A DNA stretch of 64,000 bases from Camelus ferus (Eukaryota), in the NCBI RefSeq assembly GCF_009834535.1, contig NC_045707.1, positions 59,584,001 to 59,648,000 on the forward strand, in the 5' to 3' direction. A program made the translations under genes and the position numbers. The notes under the pieces were generated by a model, which saw only the letters and a program-made list of their open reading frames with translations, was not told the origin of the DNA and made no database searches. Shown piece after piece: positions 53,973-64,000 of this stretch (positions within the stretch are counted from its first letter, which is position 1; the number at the start of each line of letters is the position of its first letter).

Positions 53973-53999
53973 TACAGACAATGGATCATTTTTATGAAG

Positions 54000-54520
54000 A
54001 GCTGACCCGACCAAGGATGCCGTTCTGGCTGCTTCAATGACTAGAAGTGTCCCCAATCCCACCCCTTGTCAAAGAACATGTTACATTTTAGCTACTCTTC
54101 ACCGAAATCGGTGTTCCACCTCCCATAGCATAGAATACCATCTAGCAAGCAGCTTCTCACAAGGGACTTCATTTCCATCTCTCCTCTCCTTGCATTTAGG
54201 TAGGGAAATGGGGACTAGTTCTCATGAACAAAATGTCAACTAAGGTGATAGTCATCTCTTCCAAGCCTGGCCCATAAAAATATCCCGTACGCCATTCTCC
54301 ATCCTTTTTACCCTCAGAGCAGAACATATCTAGGAACACAGAAGCCCCAGAATGAAAATGGCAGAGGTTTCATTAGTACAAGTTCTTGAGTGACCAAAAC
54401 AGAGCATCACAACTCCACATTCAACAAGCAGGGAACCTCTTGGATTGTGGGAGTGAGAAATCAACAGCTACTGTGCTAAGCCACTGAAATCCAGGTGTTT
54501 GTTACAGCCTGGTGTTCATT
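54000..54520 (+). mobile_element. Old MLT1 (MaLR) LTR
   Basis: Contains tccaagcctggcccataaaaatatccc and tactgtgctaagccactgaaatccaggtgtttgttacagc. Confidence 0.65.
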
Positions 54521-56504
54521 TAAATTACAGAGGCATTCTCCTTGCAGCCGAAGACTCTTCACAGAACGACTCCCCTGTGTCCAAGAATTTGATGATGACT
54601 CCAACAGAGGGGAAGAGGAGATACTCCTAACTTCACTTCCAGAGACCATCGCCCTGTAGCCACAGTCCATCCCAAGGACTTTGTCCTCATACCTGGTAAT
54701 CTTTTCATTCATTCATTTAATGTTTAGCTTCTAAACACTTATTAAGGGCTCTTTATCACTATGTATGCCTCTACCTTCCTTCTGAAGCTCTGAATGTGGA
54801 TTCCCAGCAGTTCCATTTAACTTGTTGCTACTGGTTTTCGGGTGGGAGGATGGGCATAGGTTGGTTAAATTTCCACAGTTGTGATCCTGAGAACTTGGGC
54901 TTGAAATATAATATTTTGGGTTAAAAAAAAAAAGATAAAAACAGGACTAACTACTGAATATATGCAATATCCTAAATTTGCTTTACATTTTACAAATGGG
55001 TCATCTCATTTATTCCCCACAATACTCTTTTGAGTTGAGTAGAGTAGGTGTTAAAATTATAGCACTACTTTATAGATCTACAGGATGGGTAATATGAGTT
55101 TAGGTGCACTGTTCAGGAAAACTAACCATCATTTATAACAGTGTTTCTATGGCAATGGTGATTCCAGATTTCAGTAAAATATATTTTAAAGATTTTGGAA
55201 GACAATCAACTTCTAAACCCATCACTGCCTCTCTTATATTTTAGTTCCAACATTTGTGTGTACATGTGAAATTAAATTTGATGGCTTATAAGTTATGTAA
55301 AAGCACAAGCATTGGTTTTTAAAATTCAGAATTCTTCGCTATCATAATTTAGTTGGTGAAATTCTGGAGTGATATACATTTTTTTTTTATATTTCTCAGA
55401 TTGGCTTTAGGCTTGCCGTACACCCCTATGACATTTCTTTATTCTCTTTTTAATGGGCATTTATATGTCAAGAAAATATCATTTATAATATTAATTATAG
55501 TATTTAAAAATAAGAATTAAAATAAATGCCTAATAGGCAAATTATTATCACAAAATTTTACCCTATGAAAAATTAAGTAGCCATGAGGAAAAGAAATTAT
55601 GATGCTTTATATCAAAATTAAACAGTACAATGCAAAAATGCAGAATATAAGAATATAAATGTGAATATAAAAAATACTAGAAGCAAATCTGCATTTCTCT
55701 ATATTTAACAAAATTCTGTAATATTATATTTCTTATATCATTAAAATTGATTTCAAAGCATTACCTCACAGGTAGTATAGAAAGAAATAGTAAGAACACT
55801 TTAAGAGCATTTGTTTTTATTTTCTAGAAAAAAGAAGACACAGTGAGACTTTAAATTCAAAGCAGTAATATGAAATCTCATTATTACTTATCACTGACGC
55901 AGAGAGAATCACAGGTAACAAGAGGAATTTGGGACCACAGATAGTTTGAGAGACACATGTCAACAGGGCAAGAGTGAAGCCAATTCTAGACAAAGGTTGG
56001 GGCCACAGTTGGCACGTGGTCTGAAAGGGCAAAGTGCTTGAGGATGGCCCATCCAGGTCCAGAAAGTAAGAAACTGGTGAGGGATTTTCACAGAAGGAGA
56101 GGAGTCGAGGCAAGAGAAGAACTGAAAATCAAAGGATCAGACAAGAGCCAGGATGTTTCCAAGAGCCCGGTGACCAGAAAAGCAATTAGGAGATCAAATG
56201 CAAAGCACTAGCCTCCAAAAGGGCAGAAAACTTTAAAACAACAGCTACAACAACAGAAACCACTCTGATTCACAGCTCAGAGATTTTTAAAACAGAGGCA
56301 GGAAACTATCCCAGGGTATCTGTTCGGGCATCTTCAGGGAGAGGAGGTAATTGGAACTGATGGCTAAATTAAGGACTATTTTCAGGGCTGACAGAGGCAG
56401 CATCATTCTTAAAGCAAATTTGGAAGCTCTTGTACTCAAAGCTCACTGACACAAAGATTCAGAGTGAGCTTTGGTCTAATTGCCACAGTTCCCACTAAGT
56501 CAGG

Positions 56505-56830
56505 AAGGACATTTGTACCAATACAGCATTGACTCCCACGTGCTGGGTACTTTACAGACATTATTTCATTTACCTTCCAAAGGATCCTATGAAACAAGCA
56601 TCCTTATACAATTTACCCTCGGGATTTGTGGATGCAGAACCCAGGGCTGTGGAGGGTCAACTATGCAACACCCTTTAAATAAGGGACTCAGTGTTTGCAG
56701 AGGGTCCTGGAACCAATTGCTTGCAGATATCGAGGGACCACGGTATTTATTTTACAGGATCAGACCAGTTTCCCAACTTGCCCAAAGTCAATAAATAGCA
56801 AATAACAAGCCAGCTCTGAAATTGCTCCTC
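56505..56830 (-). mobile_element. MIR interrupted by a Tigger/MER2-like MITE
   Basis: MIR halves (tgctgggtactttacagacattatttcattt; ttttacag..aacttgcccaaagtca) flank the MITE. Confidence 0.7.
56609..56743. mobile_element. MER2/Tigger2-like MITE
   Basis: TA on both flanks; gtggatgcagaaccc..ggagggtcaact and ggtcctggaaccaat..gatatcgagggac. Confidence 0.78.
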
Positions 56831-57462
56831 TCTCTCTCCTATACCCATACATTTTCACTGACACCATACCATCTTTCTGTTGGTAGAAACAAACGAAAAA
56901 AGTACCATTAAAATTTTTTTGAGATGTTTGTCCTGGTACTGTCTTTATATACCCATAAAATAGCTGCTTTCCTTAACAATGCCACTTAAACCCTATGTTT
57001 CCCAGTAAATTTTCATCTTTTCACATTAGAAGGCTCATGTTAACTAAACAGTAAAAGGATTTAGCTATGAGAAAGAACTTACTGTTAAACACTCTTGCCC
57101 AAGTCAGTCCCAAGCTGCAGCTATTAACAGGATTGTTTTCTTTCTTTCTTTCTTTTTTTTTTTTTGGCTCTAATATATTTGAATTAATAATGATCACAAT
57201 TTGTTGATTATTCCAGACTGTGAGTGTCTATGACTTAGCACATATGGCTAATTCTGGAGTGCAGGATTATAAAGTATATTATTGCCACATAACTACAGTT
57301 CTTCAACAGTTCTATCAATAATAAAAGTGAAATTTGATTTTCATCTCTGGAACTTCATCTGTTTTCAGTTGGCATGGACTTAGTAGAACATTTACATTTC
57401 AAAAATTTCAAATTAAAATTTCAATAAAAAAGAACAATTATAGAATTCCATATTTTTCCCCA

Positions 57463-57583
57463 TTATTTTTATTGAAGTGTAGTTGATTTACAATGTTGTA
57501 TTAGTTTCTGGCATACAGCAGAGTGATGTAGTTACAGATATAAATATATACATATTCTTTTTCATATTCTCTTTCATTACAGG
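57463..57583 (-). mobile_element. L1 3'UTR terminal fragment
   Basis: Contains ttttttattgaagtgtagttgatttacaatgttgtattagtttctgg; possible TSD tccatatt. Confidence 0.85.
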
Positions 57584-58559
57584 TCCAGGTCCATATTGTA
57601 AAAGGATACATGTCCTTAGTTCCTAGATTTACATTAAAAAAAATAATAATTCACATCTTTTCTCAAACTTGTCTAACTATTAGGTTAAGCCTTTGTCAAA
57701 AAGTCTGTTGAGTATTTCACGTATATCTACCCTTAATTTTCAGCTTCTCTATTAGGAGTTGAGCTTTGGGAATGGGTATCCCTTTCATGTTCTCTTGATG
57801 GGATAATAAGAAGCTCTCTTTTCTAACAGAATTCTCTACTCAGAAAAACCTACGGACTTCATTCCTTTTTGGACAAGGATTTGAGTAGATAACCCAACCG
57901 AATGTGAACGATGACCTTTGAAGGTCGAACACTTTCCACATTCACCAGGTAAATCAATCATCAACGTCACCTTATTCTTTGATAATCTTCTTTTTCTCAA
58001 CACAAGGAGCATCTCATGTGTAATACTTTAATACAACTTTTTATGACAAACATTGCTGTTAATATCTGGACTTATGTTTGCAAATCAAGGAGAAAGAAAT
58101 GGCAAATATTTGACTACCTCAGTGAGAAGGTGTTTGAGTATTGGTACATAAAAGGAAGTCCAAATATTTGTACCTGTCTCCCAGATAGTGCTAATTTTCA
58201 CAATATATATTTCTCTAAAACTTTATTTTGACTTTCCACATTACCAAATTAACTGTGTTTCGAGAAAGATGCTATGAAGTATTTCTTCGTTCTATGAAAT
58301 TTCTAAGTAAAAAGGTCACTTGGGACTTAATTCATTTGACACTTTTTTGGATTTTTATCGTGTTTTTTTAAACTTATCTTTTCCATTTTCTTCATGTCCA
58401 ATATGAGACCATTCTCAAAACAAACTCCATTTTTTTTTAAGCAAAAGAAAATAGCTTGAATTGGATAAAGGAACTGAGAAAATTGAGTACAATATGGAAC
58501 ATAGTATTCTTTATTCAAATCTGAATTATGAGTTTCAGGGTGCTATTTACATATGCTGA

Positions 58560-58815
58560 GTAATAGTAATGATAATAATAAAATACATGTAGGTCTTACC
58601 ATGTGCTAGGTGCCAAACTATGCTCTACAAAGGTACAGTTAACACAATTTTCAAAACAACACATTAAACGAAGTGTTATTACTGTTATTTACAGATGAGG
58701 AAACTAAGGTTTAGAGGTATTAAGCAATTTGCCGAAATTCACACAGGAAGTAAGTGGCTTAGACTGGGCTCTTCAGAAGCCTAATAAAGGCTGAAACTTT
58801 AACACTATGCTGTAT
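58560..58815 (-). mobile_element. MIR SINE
   Basis: Contains atttacagatgaggaaactaaggtttagaggtattaagcaatttgcc. Confidence 0.88.
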
Positions 58816-59924
58816 TTTAAATGCTTTCGATAAATAATGCTTAAAATAGTGGTAAGTTTGAAACTTGCCCTATTTATAGTGCCATTTCCAAAACTGAAAT
58901 ATAAATGATTGTGCTGTCCTCTGTGGAAATCATCAGTCCCTTCAATCTCCAATCACACAGCCCTGACAATGCAAAAGGTCACCAGGTGACAAGGCTCCAT
59001 TACATTGTCATAAGTTGAATAAACAGTGGCCCTTTGAGAAACAGAATTCTGCTGATCTGATCGACTATAAAGCAAAGTGTGTATAATTGTCTCTGAGAAC
59101 AGTGTGCATGAAGATTGCCTCAATGAAAACACATCTATCCTCAAAAAAAAATAGATGTTTGACAAATTAATATGAATTCTACCTTGAAAGATATAAAGAT
59201 GCCCTTCAGTGGTCGCTAGGTAACATCTTTCACTTTAAGAAGTAAGCTAAATTACAGATTCAGAAATTTTTATAAATTATGTATTTTGGCAAAACAGGGT
59301 TAAAAAGTAAGGCACAAGGCAATGGCTTACTGAGACATGATGTATTCCGTGCTCTTCCCAGTTCAAATTATGCAAAGTTGCAATAGTGCTGCCTGAGTAT
59401 ATTCAGAAGATAAGCTGGACCCCAACAGCTCAAGTCAATACTCCCATATTTGAAGTCTCCCCCTCCACCTCTGCGTCAATATTTGAAGTCTAAATTAACA
59501 ACATTCATATAGGTCTCTGATGAGGAAGTTTTAAATACCCTGATTCACATCTATTTACTTCATTTGGTGTGACCCATGTTTCAATTCATGTGGACACCTG
59601 GCCAAGATTTAGCAGAGCAAAGGCATCTTTGACTGCACTTTAACCCTCAGCTCACCTTAATCCATGATTAAGGGCCTGCTCTTCATGCATCCATTTCTTT
59701 TTGCCCACAGACAACAAATATCTGTTCTGTTTATTCTCTTTCTGGCATATGCAAACCCATTCCAAACCTAAGTTTCTCTCCTGAACTCATTCACTAAGGA
59801 TACCAATTCTTCCTCTGTCTTGTCTTTGAAAATACTGTTTCCCTCATGATCCCACCAGACCAGCTCTTGGGTTCATTCTTTCCCCTTCCTTGAATGAATC
59901 ACCTGGTCAGTTGTATATATTTTT

Positions 59925-60426
59925 TGTGGTAGAGTGTAATAAAGTTATCCTCTCTTCCCATAATGATATAATCTCTCTCTCTCTCTTGAGACTCTCTCAC
60001 TTTGAATTGGAGCTGGGCATTTGACTGGTTTTGCCCAACATTACTCTAGCAAACATGACACAATTAGAGCCTGGAAAAGCACTTATACAATGGACCTTGC
60101 CTGCTTGCTGCTCTTGGAACTCTGAGCTGCCATGTGAGCAAGCCTAGACCATTCTGCTGGATGAGGAAAGACTATATGGAGAGAAGTCCCAGTCATCCCA
60201 GTTGTATCAGATAAGGCCATCATGGGCCAGCTTGACAAGAGCCATCCAACCCTCAGGAACAGTCACTTAGCTGACCACAAACATGAGTGACCCATGGAAC
60301 ACAGTTAAACTGTCTTGATGAGCCCAAGCCACACTGTTGATCCACAAAGTTGTGAACTAAATAAATGCTTGTTGTCTTAAGACCTGGAGTTTGGGGTTGG
60401 TTTTAAAGCAAAAGCTACCTGATACA
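59925..60426 (+). mobile_element. MLT1 (MaLR) solo LTR, near complete
   Basis: Termini tgtggtag...gcaaaagctacctgataca, internal gccatgtgagcaagcctag and aataaatgcttgttgtcttaag, with T-rich flanks on both sides. Confidence 0.88.
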
Positions 60427-61759
60427 TTTTCCAATAATTCAAAATAGGTGTGAATGTGCTAACAGAATCAATAGCTAACAGCTCTAGACTAGCTGACATA
60501 AAAGATCCCCACAATATAGACAGACTGTAACCAAACTCAGTCAAATAATTTCTATTTATGGCTCACAGGCTAACAGAATGCAGATGTCAAGGGTGAGATA
60601 ATAGAGTCCCCCAAAGAAAACAGCTTTGTACGAAAACTTGTCCAAGGAAGGGTCACAAAGTGGTGTTTGACATATCTCATTTCAGAAGAGCTCTAATAAT
60701 TGCAGCAAGGGGGAATCTCTAGGATCCAGAAAGAAGAGGAAAATATCACAACTGACCATTCCACATCAAAGGTCAGAATATTATTCTTTACGTGTATGTT
60801 CAAGTGCTAATGCTGGATTTTGATTAAGTCAATCTAAACTTTATATATAGTTTGTTGATCTTCCTGCTAGAAAACAGTGCTGCTGACCAAGTGCAGGTGA
60901 ATGAAAGTGTTTCTAAATTCCATTCTATGTTTTCCATCTTTAAGAGTAGACACCATCGATTAAAGGGATCCATTTAGTCACAGCCTTTGGATACAAAAAG
61001 TCATTGGATGAGTGAGGGTCCAGTCAGAAAAACAGAACTCACTCTAGGTAATTTACATAAGAAGAATTTCATTTGTGGCCATCGACTGAAATGATAAGGC
61101 AGCCATGAAGACAAATAGAGAATGTTTAATCCAGATTTTAACAAGAACAGGAAGCCACGATCACCTCTATAGCAAGAGGGAAAAAGCGTGTGGTACTGCC
61201 AAATTCTAGAAGCTAGACTGAAGTGATGGGAGCTACAAGCGACAAGAAATGAGAGCACAGAACAGGAGACACTCACTGCATAAAATGCCAACCTACCTTC
61301 GAAAAGTGTTCACAGATTAAAATATATTTCGTACAACAGAAAAAAGATACTGGGTAAATTTTGTACTTTAGACTTTTGTTGAAATGTTCACTAAAATCTA
61401 TGGATAACCTGCCTTCCTCCTATTTCAAACTGATGCCTAAGAGCATTTACTCTGTTTCCAATACAATCTTAATACCTTCTGTCCCTCTCCTGGTAGGATT
61501 CATCACTCCTTTTTCTTTGCTCTGGTACCTTTTAGTTGAAGGAAATGGACTCCCACAAGGTGCAACCAGAAAGGAGCCTTAGTCTTTCCCTTCAAAACAG
61601 TTTTCTGGATTTTTTCTTTCCTCTTCAATGAATGAGATATTGGACCAGTCATACATATTTTCCAAAGATTTTCAAATAATAAATAGCCCCTTAGTTTCAG
61701 CATTCAAACAAATAACTGGTGCAATTTACGTATCATGTAAGTCCAGTCCAGCTTGGGGG

Positions 61760-62150
61760 CATCGTATTCACTGATCCTTTTGCTCATAATGCTCTTCTAT
61801 CAACAAATCATTCACATGATGATGTTTGTTCACTTAAACATTTCATTCATGTCTCTGCTCAAATCACCATCTCAGAGAGACCTTCCTTAAATTCATTGAT
61901 AAAAGACTCTCCCCACATTGCAATTCTGTCACTGCTTAACTCCATATATTGCTTAATTTTCTTTAAGAACTTAGCATCACTTGATACCCTATATGTTTGT
62001 CTCCCAGTTACCTCCATGCCCTCATTAGAACATAAGTTTCACGTCATTCAGCACTGTCTTGTTCATTGTTATATCTCCAGTGGCTTGGATCCGGTCTAGC
62101 CCATAGAAAGTACTCAATAAATATTGATGGGATAAAATGAATGAATGAGG
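61760..62150 (+). mobile_element. L2 3' end
   Basis: Contains ctgctcaaatcaccatctcagagagaccttcc and tactcaataaatattgatgggataaaatgaatgaatga. Confidence 0.85.
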
Positions 62151-64000
62151 AATGCATGAGGCTACAGAATACACAGAGCAAATATTTTACCAATTTACTG
62201 GAGAAGATAATATTGGAACCAAGTTAACTATTTCTCAGAGATAAAGTGATTACCTTCAAAGAGCATAGGAAATTCAACACTTTTGGTCTTGATAAAATTT
62301 TGCAGATGTAAAATGGCAAATATTACCTAAACAGATGTAAAAAAAAACACTATCTAGTTGAGTTACTTGATTCTGGCTGGAAGATCTTTACTTTCTTTTA
62401 ACATGAAGAGACCCAGTGGGAAATCCCTGGCTTGCATGTCTGTTTTTGTCAAACATTCAGCAGTAACTGATAATCTCTACATCTGTTATTTATTTGACAA
62501 ATCTCCAGAGGGCCATACAAGTGGAAATTTCAGAGAAGCCCTAAACAAACTCCACAGCTCTATGCAATGCCAGGAAGAATTTCTAACCATTATATAAATG
62601 TTAGGTTTAATTTAGTATACACACAATTGACCACCTACTGATGCATTCTTCTGCATAAAGCATGAAATGTGAAATTCTGTGTAGCGTCCACTATTGTATT
62701 TAAAATTAAAAAAAAAAAACTACACATTGAAATTAAGCCATGTGACTCTGGGAGGAGGCAAAGTCAAAGAAAATTTGCAGCTGGTCGGGAAGTAAATCCA
62801 GGGTGGAGAAATTTTTTCAGCGCTCAGGAAGAGAGGAGGATTGTAAGGCATGAGGAAAGACATTTAGATTTTGTTATGGTGTTTTTGAGAATCTGACAGC
62901 TGGAATCAAAAAGATGCAACGTATCTCTTAAACATACACTGCATAACTCAACTAAATGATCTTCAGAAATTAATGAGCTGCATTTGGCTTGGATTTTTAA
63001 AAGCCATTTAAATGACTTATACTGTAAAATAACATGAATGCCGCAACATATGCATTTGGCATAAAATGGAAAACATCAGATCCTGAAACAAAGACAAAGC
63101 ATCTACTCGTTTCTTAACCTGGTAACAGGTTTAAGTTTATTGTTTTGAGTTTTAAGCATCTGTTTTCTGAATGAGACCAGATATCTGAAAATTGCTTTTT
63201 ACAAACTATTCAACATTCATCTCAGTCCACAACAGACTAGGCAAGACCCAAGACCATGTCACTCCATATTCCTGCAAGGGAAATAAAAGCAAGATACACA
63301 GTTATCCCACAGGGCACCAGCTAACCCTTTGAGGGAATTTAATCCATGCCTGTGATCATAATTTATTTTAATGGAATCCCCCAAGCAGAAGTTAGCCTTC
63401 AAGCATGATTTTTAGATAAAAGCAAAATCATTTATCTTGCAGTTTCATGACATGGAAACATCTGCAGCAAAACACTAGAGAGCACCCCTCACTAAGCTAT
63501 CACAGTAACTGCTCAACTCAGAGGCCAGCTGAAGTACAAGCAGCAGAAATCTTCCAGCACCTCCAAAAACATCTCACACCTTCTCACCTGATTAATCGAT
63601 CATCTGCTCGATGAGTGAATAAACGATTGAGGCTTCTAATAGTAAATCAAAGGCATGCTTTCTTCACATGCCAGTAAGACCAGTAAGTACTCATCTGCAG
63701 AAGAGATTGTTAGAGGATTCTCTCCTGAAACAGTTTAAAAAGTTGGCATAGATACAAAATGTAAAAATTATGGGACGCATTAACTGACTAAACATCTGCT
63801 GAAATTTTCATTCAATTAAAAGCAGAACATCGTAAAACCTCGACTTGGCTTCCTTAAAATGTCATGGCTCAGAGGTGAAGAGGGGCTTCTGCAATGCAGA
63901 TGATTAAGACTCACAAAGCAAAAAAAGTCAGCATTCAATCAATCTGTATTCTATTCTAGGCACGGTGCTAAAAGAAGCCAGGGGAGAAATTCAAGATCCA

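Larger units (their letters stand above)
1..64000 (-). other. NAV3: Internal part of the NAV3 transcription unit (end of intron 1 to within intron 5)
   Basis: Four in-frame spliced exons on the minus strand. Neither the first exon nor the exon after 19146 was found in the window. Confidence 0.93.

Noticed and set aside
1..64000. CRISPR array, operon, prophage or other prokaryote-type system
   Set aside because: No repeat-spacer periodicity, no long ORFs, and uniformly mammalian intron and repeat content.

Overview
AT-rich, CpG-poor mammalian genomic DNA lying entirely inside the NAV3 (neuron navigator 3) gene on the minus strand. Four GT-AG coding exons are present: 39643-39760, 38941-38993, 21790-21862 and 19146-19326 (118, 53, 73 and 181 nt; equivalent to human exons 2-5 by recollection). 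They splice in frame into the calponin-homology domain plus the following Gln/His-rich segment. The rest is intron, filled with ancient mammal-wide repeats (L2, MIR, MER5, MLT1/MLT2, Tigger) and younger L1s and tRNA-derived SINEs that I recognise as camelid types (Vic-1-like), so the source is probably a camel, alpaca or llama. Apart from the NAV3 exon fragments and decayed L1 ORF2 pieces, the ORF track appears to be noise. I found no convincing new biological system. The best second-look items are: a twin-primed 5'-inverted L1 nested in a Tigger1 derivative, a micro-inversion in an L1 tail, a possible UG-guarded poison acceptor before the 53-nt exon, inverted repeat pairs bracketing the four exons, and candidate bZIP/ACGTG enhancer clusters. 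Repeat family names come from recall of consensus sequences, and the boundaries of old repeats are approximate.
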